From positions 34,777-98,776 of the forward strand of contig CAVYVF010000001.1 of assembly GCA_963771885.1 (NCBI GenBank): 64,000 nt of DNA. The letters run 5' to 3'. The notes under the pieces were generated by a model that saw only the letters and a list, made by a program, of their open reading frames with translations, ran no database searches and was not told the origin of the DNA. The position numbers and the translations under genes are program-made. Positions 53,455 through 64,000 of the stretch are shown here, piece after piece; position 1 is the stretch's first letter, and every line of letters starts with the position of its first letter. This DNA comes from Candidatus Bathyarchaeota archaeon. GTDB lineage: Archaea; Thermoproteota; Bathyarchaeia; TCS64.

Positions 53455-54441
53455 CTAGAAGTCTCGCTCCATGAGAGTCAGCTTATTGTACCCGCCCCTC
53501 TTTTCTGCCTTCTTGTAGACGTAGTTCGCCACGATCACGTCTTCGAGAGCTAGGCCTATGTTAATAGCGAGTATTCGCTCCTTCGCGTTCTCCCTCCCCT
53601 TCTTCTTCCCAGCGACTATCTCTCCAAGTTCTGCGTAGAGTTTGGGGAGGCCGTCGGGGAAGGCGCCTTGCTCGTGGAAGTGGACGGTCTGGTCCCAGCT
53701 ATCTGTCACGAACTTAGAACCCAGTATGGCGTCGCCATACCAAGCCCTGCTCGCCTCCAGCCCCATCCCCAATGCACCCGCATTGAACCACTCATTCTTG
53801 ACCAGAGGCTTGGGGAGCCTTTGCGTCGCGGTAAGTATGATGTCTGAATCCTTGGCTGCTTCCTCGACACTCGCGACGGGAGTTATGTCTACGCCGTGTT
53901 GTTTCTCGAAATCGGTCTTGTAGCGTTTCGCCGCCTCTGGGTTGATGTCATATGCCTTTACCTTCTTGAGAGTGGGCGTGACCTCCTTGATTGCGCTGAG
54001 GGTCATTCTCCCCTGTACCCCGCAGCCTATGACGCCGAGGGTCTCTGCGTTCTTCGGGGCACAGAACTTCGCCGTGACTGCAGAGACGGCGGCGGTGCGC
54101 ACTGCCGTGATCCAGCGGCAGTCCATGATGGCGGTGGGTAGCCCCGTCTCCATGTCGTTTGTGATCATGACACCTAGAATCTGGGGGAGGCCGAGATCCC
54201 TGTTGCTCGGGTAGCCGCTCACCCACTTCAAGCCGCCTATTCCGAGTTTTCTGAAGTAGGCGGGCATGGCGTGTATGAAGCTGTCACTCTTCGCGTGTAT
54301 CCCCGGCTTTGGTGGGTTCTCCACCTGCCCGAGACCGTGTTCACGTAGTCCAACTTCGACGAGAGATATGATCTCCCTCATCGGGATGCCCATGTCCAAG
54401 ATGTCTTCCTGTGAGAGGTATAGCATCTCAACGCGTTTCAA
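53455..54441 (-). CDS. Ornithine cyclodeaminase/mu-crystallin (archaeal alanine dehydrogenase-like) family protein
   Basis: HAMPAY, KWVSGYPSN, ITAVRTAA, GCGVQG, ELGEIVAG, GLALED. Confidence 0.9.
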   Translation of the reverse strand: MKRVEMLYLSQEDILDMGIPMREIISLVEVGLREHGLGQVENPPKPGIHAKSDSFIHAMPAYFRKLGIGGLKWVSGYPSNRDLGLPQILGVMITNDMETGLPTAIMDCRWITAVRTAAVSAVTAKFCAPKNAETLGVIGCGVQGRMTLSAIKEVTPTLKKVKAYDINPEAAKRYKTDFEKQHGVDITPVASVEEAAKDSDIILTATQRLPKPLVKNEWFNAGALGMGLEASRAWYGDAILGSKFVTDSWDQTVHFHEQGAFPDGLPKLYAELGEIVAGKKKGRENAKERILAINIGLALEDVIVANYVYKKAEKRGGYNKLTLMERDF

Positions 54442-54589
54442 TAGGGTTCACCAAAACCTATCTACGCGATTCATGATTTAGCACTTCTCGCACACCTGTC
54501 GTGCGTGAACTGATGGAATATATTGAGATCTGATTCGCGCGCGCGAGAATGTTTATTTCACTATGACCATTATTTTGTATGATTCTAAG

Positions 54590-55114
54590 TTGGAAGTATA
54601 TGAAGCGATAAAGGCCAGGAAATCGATTCGCGCCTATGAGGCGAAGGAAATTCCTGAAGTTGCTCTGAAACGAGTTCTGGAAGCGGGGAGATCAGCTCCA
54701 TCGGCGGGTAATGCTCAGCCATGGCACTTTATTGTTGTTAGGAGCCAGGAGAAGCGTTCACTCTTATCTAAGCGTGTGTTCACGAGATTCCTCTCTGAAT
54801 CACCGGTTGTGTTAGTGGGGTGTGGGGAGAAGGAGAAGAGGTTTCACGTAGTCGACGTTAGTATCGCGATGCAGCAGATGGTGTTGGCAGCTACGGCGGA
54901 GGGGTTGGGCACCTGCTGGATAGGCGACTTCGATGACAAGGTTGTTCGAGACCTTTTGAAGATCCCAGAGAATTATGATGTAGTTTGTCTGCTGGCTATG
55001 GGTTATCCGCGTGAGAAATTGGATCTAGCTTCAAAGCTGATTGGGGCTCGTAACAGGAAAACGGTTGAAAAGATTGTGAGTTACGAAGAGTTTGGGAAGG
55101 CCGTACTGGATTAA
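54590..55114 (+). CDS. Nitroreductase family protein
   Basis: RKSIRAY, APSAGNAQPWHFI, GLGTCWIG. Confidence 0.92.
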   Translation: MEVYEAIKARKSIRAYEAKEIPEVALKRVLEAGRSAPSAGNAQPWHFIVVRSQEKRSLLSKRVFTRFLSESPVVLVGCGEKEKRFHVVDVSIAMQQMVLAATAEGLGTCWIGDFDDKVVRDLLKIPENYDVVCLLAMGYPREKLDLASKLIGARNRKTVEKIVSYEEFGKAVLD

Positions 55115-55386
55115 GCGCGGTCCTTTACGTAATATTTCGATAACTAATTTTTACGCACTCGAACAAGTAATCTAGTTCCGATTTAAGGGCTAAGTCAATC
55201 CGCGAAGAGTTTATCGTATGGGCGTAGATTCCAGTTCGCATACATGTGTGCGCGGCGTTTTAGTCATCGCTATTCTTTGGGAGAGGCTTCTAGTTGAGCG
55301 CGCGCAATGTGTGTCGGAAGTATGAGTGTTGGGAGTTGGTGTGGAGTGGGACTAGGTCGATATAAGAGGAATTGTCATGCGGTGGT

Positions 55387-55938
55387 CTAGTGTGCTGCTC
55401 GCTTGAAGTGTGCCTCGTTTGAGGTAACTGCGAATGTGTCTCCCCAGACGTGGTTGAGCTGCTGGGTCTTCCCCACGTTTATCGCCGAGTTCTCATTGCT
55501 GTAGTAGTCGTCTTTAGCGTCGGAGTCGAGCACCTCGCCGATTATCCATACGCTTCTGCTGGAGAGCTCGACGCTCTGGGTCATGCGGCACTCCATCCAG
55601 CCGTATGCCTCGGTTATCCTCGGCGGGGAGACTCGGTTTGATTTTGCTTCGGTTAGGCCGCATTCCTTGATCTCGTTTACCTCGTATGGGTAGTTTGTTT
55701 CGAGTTTCTCCATATGTTGTCCAAATTCCTCGCCGACCAGGTTGACGACGAATTCTTTGTTTTGCCTGATGTTTGTCCAGGTGTCGTGTTCAACTTCGCA
55801 GCAGAAGCCGAAGAGGGGGGTGGGTCTTGAGGCCATTGGTGAGGAGAAGCTGAAGGGGGCTGCGTTGGGTATGCCTCTTGGTGAGGTTGTGGTGATGACT
55901 ACTGTGGGTCTGGCTTGGAGTCTGTAAAAATCCTTCAT
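55387..55938 (-). CDS. Flavin reductase (flavoredoxin) family protein
   Basis: NAAPFS, HDT..NI...EFVVN, PPRI.E..MEC, IGEV. Confidence 0.9.
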   Translation of the reverse strand: MKDFYRLQARPTVVITTTSPRGIPNAAPFSFSSPMASRPTPLFGFCCEVEHDTWTNIRQNKEFVVNLVGEEFGQHMEKLETNYPYEVNEIKECGLTEAKSNRVSPPRITEAYGWMECRMTQSVELSSRSVWIIGEVLDSDAKDDYYSNENSAINVGKTQQLNHVWGDTFAVTSNEAHFKRAAH

Positions 55939-56454
55939 GGTTCAAGATGGGGTTGGATGGATAAGCGTCTTTCTGGGGTGCGCGCGCCCTTCAGGTGTCG
56001 AACGGCGTCGCCTAGTCCGATATCTTGGAGCTACAGATCGGGAGGCTGTCCGTGTCTGGTGATCAGTTGAAGAGTATCGAACCTTACATCCAGGAATTCA
56101 TCCAGGATAGGGCCGATGGCAGGATGCGCGCGCAAATCTGTATCCTTCTTTAGCGGCGAGGTAAGTGTAGACACTAGGGTACCTCAGGAAGTCGGCCTAA
56201 CGCCACCCTAGACGCGATATCTTACGGCTTATTGTGCTGTATCTATGTTTGGGGTATTACGATTGTTTAGAATCAACTGTCCATTTCCTTTATATGGTTT
56301 ATTTTTAGAGTGGAATAATTGCTGACGGGAGAACCATCAGAATATTTTGGAGTGAAATAGATTGCGCGCGCACTCGCATAATTTTGGGAGAAACAATGGG
56401 TCCTCGGAGGTGTTACTGGAGAGTAAAAACGTATGCGCTCGATTGGAGAAGTAT

Positions 56455-56643
56455 ATGAGTAATCAGGAGATTCGAGACTTTGCTAGATCGATTATACGTT
56501 CGAGCGGTGGCCAATGTGACTCCTTTGTTCTTTTTTCTGAGATGTCAATAGTGGGAGTGACGCCGGATCAATTTCAGAGCGCCATCAAGAAAGATTATGA
56601 AATCGAGGTATCAAAGGGCATGGCTCGTCTAATCGAGAAATGA
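56455..56643 (+). CDS. Small hypothetical protein
   Basis: ATG at 56455 (an in-frame CTG at 56416 follows GGAGGTG). Confidence 0.4.
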   Translation: MSNQEIRDFARSIIRSSGGQCDSFVLFSEMSIVGVTPDQFQSAIKKDYEIEVSKGMARLIEK

Positions 56644-56784
56644 GCCTCATCGATAGAGAATTCAGTAGAGAGCTACAATTTGCGCCTGCGCATGCATTAG
56701 CCTTACGAATGCATCTCGTATCGGGTTGAACACGCGCGAGGAGAATAATACTCTGACAGAGGCACGCACACAAAGTCTTATTCT

Positions 56785-59700
56785 ATGAGACTAACTACTC
56801 CGTCAATAAGGGGTGGATTGTTGTCATTTCCCGAATCCAACAAGGTCACTAAACGCATCGACGACTGGAAGCTGCGCCTAATTGATTTAACAAAGAGAAA
56901 CAAGGCTATCTACTTCCAGCCAACTAAAACCTCCCACCTCAGAATAACCTCACCCGACGTAGATACTACATACAATCGACTCGTCACCAAGGGAAGGAGC
57001 TCGGAGATACAGCGGCCACCGCAAACAAACCCCGGAGAAGCACCACCAGCTCCCAGAGCCGTTAAGATCTCAGAAATCACCCTCGTCTGGCCTGAACCAA
57101 ACCAATACGAAAAAGTCCTCAGAAACCTAAGCCGACGTAGTCAATCAGAATACACAGAACGAGGCATCAGAGTACTCTACGTCACATTCGGACAATTAAG
57201 ATGGGCCGAGAAAGAGAACCCACAAGAGATAACCTCCCCCCTGCTCCTATCACCGGTGGAGCTTACCAGAGAGTCATCACATGAACCATATCAAATTAAA
57301 ATACCCCCCGTCGAAGACCTCGTGCTCGTTAACCCAGCACTCAGACTCAAACTAAAGTACGAACACGGCTTCGAACTCCCACCACTTCCTGAGGATGAGG
57401 AGCAGACCCCCTCAACCTACCTTTCAACAGTCCAAAAGTTAGTCGAGGAACTCGGCTGGAAAGTCGAACCCACGCTCCATATTGGATTATTCAGCTTCTC
57501 AAAACTAGCAATCTATCAAGACTTAACAGACAACTTCAACCAAATCAAAGAACACCACATAGTCAAAGCCTTAGCCGGCATCACCGTCGAGGGACTCATC
57601 CGCAGCGGACTACCAAAGGTGGAGGACCTAGACCAAATACTAGACCCAGAAAAAATGTACCAGATTCTAGACGCAGACAGCAGTCAACAACTTTGCATAC
57701 AATACTCGTTGCGCGGACAATCATTCGTAATGCAGGGCCCACCCGGTACAGGAAAAAGCCAGACGATCGCAAATATTATCTCTGAATACATCGCGGACGG
57801 GCGAAGCGTATTATTCGTAAGCGAGAAGATGGCTGCACTCGAAGTCGTATACAATCGCCTCCGGGAGAAAAACCTCGACGAGTACTGCCTCGAACTCCAC
57901 AGCACGAAAGCTAACAAGCGGGAGGTAATCAACGAGCTCAGCAGATCCCTCACAGAGCACCTCAAATCAGGCAAGGGAATGAGTGAAGAGCAAATAGACC
58001 TATTGCGACACCGCAGGGCTCAACTTAATACCTACGTGGAAAGTCTCCACCGAAAGAAGCAGCCCTCAAACCTCAGCGCCTACGATCTACTGAACAAGTA
58101 TGCTGAACTCAACTCCACACCATACATCAACTCAGGCAACATTAATTTCTCCACGCTCGACCAGTTGACCATCTTCAAGCATGAGGAAATGATCAGACGA
58201 CTACAGAACACTTGGATCGTCGTAGAGGAAGGAGCATCATTCCCCTGGAGAGGCTGCAACGTCCAAACCTACTCGGTTGACGTCCGCGGAGAATGGCTCA
58301 ACACTCTGACATCGCTCATCAACTCCGCCAACAGGCTTCGGGTCGACGCCTACGATTACTGTATGAAGCTCGGACTAAGCAACCCAAGAGTCCTCGAAGA
58401 ATACGACGCCTTACAGAAACTAGCTAACATCATTGACGCCACTCCCTATCCTCCTCCAAGCTGGTTCACAACGGCAGACCTCACTAGCCTTCAACTAGAA
58501 GCAGAGACTCTCTGCAAAGCCTGGAGCGAATACTGGGATATTAGGACCGAGCTTGATAGAAAATATGACAGCCGATTCAGGGCTGTCCCAAAGGGTACAG
58601 CTGATGGAATTGTGGATGCATGGGCTAAAACGAATGAACTTCTACGGCCGAACCTGAAAGGTGACGGCGGTCTATTAAGATACTTCGACAATTTCAGCAA
58701 GTTCCTCGAACAGACAAGGAGGGACTCAGAGGTCTGGAGCGAGCTAATTGAAAGGCTAGCTGAGGCACTTGGGTTACCGACCGAACCAAAATCAATCAAC
58801 ATAGCTACAAGAATCTACTCAGTAGCGAAGCTCGCCGAAGCAAAGAACAAACCGGAACGAGCCTGGTTTGACAAATCAAACCTTGACCAGGCACAAATCT
58901 TCCTCACGCAATTAAAAACGCAGTACAAGAGAAGAAAGGAACTTGAGGCAAAACTCACTGCTTACAGGGACGAATTCCTATCCCTCGACCACGCTTCACT
59001 GATTACATACTTCAAAGGTTCAGGTTCATCCTTACTCAGATACTTTACCCCCAGCTACTACAGGATAAGATCAGAGGTAGCGAGGACAACCATCCGAGGC
59101 GAAGTCCCCTACACGATTCTGCAAGACCTAACTTATGCTTTTGAGCTAAAGGCGCTCATGAAGACAATCGCCTCTCAACAAGAAGAGGCTAGAAACAAAC
59201 TCGGGTCTTACAGCCGAGAGGGAGAACCCGATTTTGAGGCTGCTGAAGAAGCGATGAGAAACGCAGGTGAAGCTCTGCGCCTTATCGACTCGCAGAGAGC
59301 TCCTAAAACTTCTAAGAGACAACCTCTGCGTAGGAACGAAACCGGCAGAGACCCTATTAAGTTACTCTCAGAGCCTCGGAGACTCGCTTAGGAGATGGAG
59401 AACCACATCAAAGCCCTTACGGCACCTCCTCCCAAAGAAATTACCCGGTGATGAAAGAAGGTTCAAGGACCTCCCACTCGATGAACTGAAGAACTGGGCG
59501 TCGGACTTAAGTCGGAGACTGAACACCCTCCGAGAAGCAACTCGCCCAGCACTCATTGCCGCCTTGAACGAACCTCCGAATACTCTCACCAGACTAGTCT
59601 CAGACCTCAGAAAATCGGAGAGCCTTCAAGACTTCGAATTAGAGGAGGCTTTATTATCACCACAGAGAACGGAAAAGTTTGGAAGATTATATCAGGGTAC

Positions 59701-62368
59701 ATCAACCGACTGGCAAAAAACAATAGGCGGTATTAACTGGACAAGAGACCTCCTGAAAGCCCTGCCCAAGAACCCTCCCGGTGAATTGATCACCATCGTA
59801 ACCAATCCCTCAATCATTAAACCAAAGCTTGACTCGGAGAGATGCCTCAGAGAGATATATCGCCTCATTGACGAATTGAACTCCAGATTCAGTAGCCCCC
59901 TATGGGCAGCGGAGGCTCGGAGCCTCACTGTGGATGACGTTCAAAATGTGTCGGGGAAGATCGCACGCAGAATCGATGACCTTCAAGCCTGGGTGGACTT
60001 CAACAACACCTATGCGAGACTGATTGATGAAGGATTAGGTATTTTCGTCAAGGAACTTGTCGAGAAGCAGTTCAAACGAGTTGAACTAGTCGATTTATAC
60101 CGAAAAAGCATCTATGGCGGTCTACTTAACCGCTTTTCAGAGGAAGACTCAACTCTGGGAGCCTTCAGGGCGAGTAATATGGATCAGGCGGTCGAGGAGT
60201 TCCGAGCTCTCGACTCCGCCCTTATCGAAGAGGCATCCACCAAGGTCATACTGGCAGCAAATGCGAAGAAGCCTCAAGGTGTCTTCGTTGAGGCACCAGA
60301 CTCCGAGATCAGTATACTGCTCCGGGAGGCCTCGAAGAAGCGGAGACAGATGCCTCTACGTCAACTACTTAGCAGGATACCCAACCTGGTGAGGCGGCTG
60401 AAGCCGTGCTTCCTGATGAGCCCGATCTCCGTCAGCCAGTTTATACTACCCGACAAACTTCACTTCGACCTAGTCGTCTTCGATGAAGCCTCCCAGATAT
60501 TCACCGAAGACGCTATAGGCTCCATCTATAGGGGAGATACAATTATCGTCGCAGGAGACAACAAGCAACTCCCACCAACCCCATTCTTCCAATACATAGC
60601 CGACAGTGATGGCGACTGGGATGAGGAAACGGGGGACATTGGGGTATATGATAGCGTACTCGATGAGTGCATGGGCATGGGGCTCCCAGTGAGCATGTTG
60701 CGGTGGCACTACAGAAGCAAGCACGACTCACTAATAGTATTCTCCAACAAGGAGTTCTACGACAACAGACTCGTCCTATTTCCCTCAGCCCTTACAAGAG
60801 CCGCGGAGTTAGGAATAGAATTCATCTACGTACAAGACGGCGTCTACGACCGCGGGGGAGTACGCAATAACCCAAGGGAAGCCGAAGTCGTGGCTGACCT
60901 CGTCCTTCGTCACCTCTCAGAGCACCCAGACAAGTCCCTAGGCGTCATGACCTTCAGCATTAGCCAGATGAACACAGTTAGAGATGAAATAGAGTCCCGC
61001 TTCGCTGAGAAACCAGGCCATGAAAAGTTCCTACAGGAAGATCGCCTCAGAGGCTTCTTCGTAAAGAACCTAGAGAACGTGCAAGGTGACGAGAGAGACG
61101 TCATGATCATTGACGTAGGGTATGGCCCCGACAAGAACGGAGTCATGACGATGAATTTCGGACCACTCAACTCCTTGGGTGGAGAACGAAGATTAAACGT
61201 CGCCATAACTCGGGCACGTGAGAAAGTGATCCTCGTCAGCTCAATCAAATCAGGGCACATCGACCTATCCTCAACGAAATCAATTGGCGTAAGATGTTTA
61301 CACGATTATCTCGCCTACGCAGAACTCGCATCAATGCTTGAGCGAGAACGTAATGAGGTGACGCCAAGATCAGAGATCGAGAGAGAAGTCTCTGATGCCA
61401 TTCGATCGCTAGGCTATATTGCAGTCTCTCAGGTGGGCGAAAGCACGCTCAGGGTAGACATCGGCGTTAAAACCTGTGAAAACCCCGACAGATTCATACT
61501 CGGAATTTTACTCGACGGGGAAGGCTACCGTTCAACAGCTACAGCCAGAGACAGAGATAGGCTTAGGGAACAAGTACTTGAGGGAATGGGGTGGAATCTG
61601 CACAGAATATGGTCCCCCGAATGGGTTCAGAGGCGTGACACTGAGGTTGAACGCCTCGTGCAGGCGATTAAAGACGCTGAGAGGGGTAGAAGACGACCAA
61701 TAACAAGACAAAACTCAACCAACCAGAAGAAGAGAGGACTCGAACAAGAGAAAGTAATAGAGAGGAAAGGTAATCAGCTACCCGGATCAGAGCCCTACAA
61801 GAAGGCCGCCCTTATCCCCGCTCACACTTTCAACAACATACCATCAGCTCAGAGGGATCTATACTTAGACCTCTACAGGCTGGAAGTCAGGAACCTACTG
61901 CCAAAGATTGTAAACTCGGAAGGACCAATACACGTCGAGTACGCGTTCACTCGCGTAAATAAGGCTGTGAGCTTGAAACCAGCTCCGGCTGCATTTCACA
62001 AAGTGTACAATCGAGTCATAGATGAGCTTGAATCAAAGGGCAGATTTGAGAGACGTGGGGATTATCTGTGGTCAAATAGGGCAACGGGCGTCAAGGTGAG
62101 GGTACCCGTTGATGGGCCGGAAGGCGAAGTTAGGCCTATTGAGTATATTCCACCTGAGGAGGTTGATGCTGCCATTCTACACGTTCTAAACCACTCGATG
62201 GGACTCAGCGAGGAGTCTCTACTGCTTGGAACCGCCAACGTCTTTAAGATTAGACAGACTCGAAAAACTCTGAGTATACTAGAGAGACAACTAGACAAGC
62301 TGATAGAGAGTAAGAAGATTCTTCAAGTTGGGGAAATCCTATCGATCGCGCTAAAAGGAGAGGCTTGA
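56785..62368 (+). CDS. DUF4011 + SF1 (Upf1-like) helicase + Vsr/MTES_1575-like + DUF3320 protein, Hhe-like (one frameshift at ~59306)
   Basis: WKLRLIDLTKRN, LDADSSQ, QGPPGTGKSQTI, FDEASQ, GD.KQLPP, WHYRS, NVQGDERD, RLNVAITRA, RDRLR..L..MGW.L.RIWS, EGPIH. Removing one A in CCTAAAACTT joins both ORFs. Confidence 0.9.
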
Positions 62369-62462
62369 TTCTCGGATTAATTTATTAAAAAAAGTAATTT
62401 GTTTGACATTTTTCATACACACGCATCGTTATTTTCACGATTAATATAGATTAATTGGTGAA

Positions 62463-62684
62463 ATGGGGATGCAGGATCAAAGTGAAAGCGAGACGAATGT
62501 CCTGCCTTCATGGGTCTTCGACTCTAAAGTCAGAGATTTTCTCGGATCCGAGGGGATTGAGATAGTCATTCTAGAGGACGTTAAATTTAGGCGTGGTAAA
62601 AGCACTAAACCTCTAGTGATTCTACGCGGCTTGAGTTCATCAATTCAATCTTACCTCTACGTGCATGGGCGCCAAAGTCAATGA
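62463..62684 (+). CDS. Small hypothetical protein
   Basis: GGTGA SD; 73-aa ORF. Confidence 0.4.
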   Translation: MGMQDQSESETNVLPSWVFDSKVRDFLGSEGIEIVILEDVKFRRGKSTKPLVILRGLSSSIQSYLYVHGRQSQ

Positions 62685-62817
62685 AGGTGCGGTTTAGGGT
62701 ATTTCGTTAGGTTCGGGAATATCAGTTAAACATTAGTGCGTGTGTCGACTCGGGTGCGAGAGTTTCCATGTATATTTGGAAAAGTTTAATCCCTCAATTG
62801 ATATTGTAAGTATAACA

Positions 62818-63102
62818 ATGGGCTTCTTTGGTAGCGTTTGGAAATGGATTACAAGTCAAATCCCTACATGGGAGCAGGCTACAGATTGGAATTATTGGGT
62901 TCCTTCATGGGAGCAGGTGAAAGATTGGCATTATTGGGTTAGGCCTTTGGTGATAATTGGTGGGGTGATTATGGTGGGGGTAGGACTTGCTTCGCCCCCA
63001 TTTGTCTGGGTATGGGAACATGGGACCGATTACTTGATTGACTCATGGGATTATTGGTGGTGGTGGATAAATAAAGTACTTAATGGAGGTTTCATGAAGT
63101 GA
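62818..63102 (+). CDS. Trp-rich small membrane protein with internal 13-aa duplication
   Basis: 15 Trp in 94 aa; PTWEQATDWNYWV/PSWEQVKDWHYWV; one TM. Confidence 0.65.
   Translation: MGFFGSVWKWITSQIPTWEQATDWNYWVPSWEQVKDWHYWVRPLVIIGGVIMVGVGLASPPFVWVWEHGTDYLIDSWDYWWWWINKVLNGGFMK
62863..62940 (+). repeat. 39-bp imperfect tandem duplication
   Basis: cctacatgggagcaggctacagattggaattattgggtt / ccttcatgggagcaggtgaaagattggcattattgggtt. Confidence 0.85.
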
Positions 63103-63410
63103 CTCGCGCTCTCATTCTTCGGTGAGGCAGGACCACCACCTACGCGCATAATGTGCTCTTCCCATCCGAAACGTGCGCGCGTGGGGGTGCAGTTCGTATG
63201 ACATCACGTTACTGCCAGAGAGGATAGGGAGTGCCATCAGACTATGACCTCGGCGACCTCCTCATAATTGGTGGTCTTTGACGGTCGCCTCGACTGTTTC
63301 CCTGTAGAGTTCAATGGTAATCTTATGTTCCGGAGGTGATTGGAGTTTGTCGGCGTGTAATAGTTGAGTCAGCTTTAATAGAGGTAGTTCTATGTCTCTT
63401 CTTGATATGG

Positions 63411-63950
63411 ATGAGTTCTAAGGCTCCAGTTAATCGGCATGTGGTTTGGAGTGGCAGGCCCTGGATACTACCTTATGTGTTATTCAGGACTGCGCTCGTC
63501 GCCGCGGTAGCTGTTGGTGTGGCCATTGTGGAGAGTATGCTCGGTGTGTTGTACTCTCCTCTACAGTTTGGCTTGTCTGTTGTTGCTTGGACGGTCGTCG
63601 CCTTTTTTGGGGTCTGGGTCTTGTGGGTGCTGAGCTTGCTTGCTCTCTGGGGGACGCATTTGTATGTCTTGAGGGAGGATAGCCTCGAGGTGAAGGTCGG
63701 TTTGCTCACCACGAAGACGTCAATGATAGCGCCAACTGGTTTCTCGGATCTCGAGGTGATCCGGTCAATTGTTGGCAGGTTGTTGAATACTGGAGACATT
63801 CTGGTGAGGACTCAGAGTGAAAAGGACTTTGTTAGGCGGATGGTTAAGGTACGGGACCCCGATCGCGTCGCCTCCTTGATCAGGGAGGTTATGGCGAGGC
63901 CGATTTTTAGAATCGACGAGCGCGACCCGCGCTCGAGTGAAAAGGTGTAA
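63411..63950 (+). CDS. Bacterial PH (bPH_2) domain membrane protein
   Basis: WSGRP, two TM, GRLLNTGDILV, VRDP. Confidence 0.8.
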   Translation: MSSKAPVNRHVVWSGRPWILPYVLFRTALVAAVAVGVAIVESMLGVLYSPLQFGLSVVAWTVVAFFGVWVLWVLSLLALWGTHLYVLREDSLEVKVGLLTTKTSMIAPTGFSDLEVIRSIVGRLLNTGDILVRTQSEKDFVRRMVKVRDPDRVASLIREVMARPIFRIDERDPRSSEKV

Positions 63951-64000
63951 TGCTGCACACGTGCGCATTCGATAGACCCATCCAAGATAGCGCGATGTAT

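Overview
Archaeal genomic DNA, most likely Bathyarchaeia (inferred from gene families such as CFI-box-CTERM, DUF6282, DUF3303, TIGR04076, ArnR1-like wHTH and class II photolyase, and from TATA-driven, apparently leaderless starts). It is an accessory-type mosaic of about 65 mostly monocistronic genes. They include the class III ribonucleotide reductase nrdD-nrdG, a class II CPD photolyase, a solo Cas4/Exo5-like nuclease, peptide/amide catabolism genes, surface proteins, a PAS-GAF histidine kinase, a HerA-like ATPase, a divergent PGK, kdgK-eda and a ~1860-aa DUF4011-SF1 helicase-Vsr (Hhe-like) gene. I found no rRNA, tRNA, CRISPR array or transposase. About 13 single-base frameshifts in homopolymer contexts and a 446-T/64-A run point to a noisy long-read consensus. 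The most striking unexplained signal is that nearly every intergenic spacer carries short alternating purine-pyrimidine tracts with a (CG)n/GCGCAC/ACGCGT core: 19 pure (CG)4+ tracts lie at or between gene boundaries, against 1 seen deep inside a CDS. Several orphan gene fragments begin or end at such a tract, which suggests an undescribed system that marks or creates DNA junctions.
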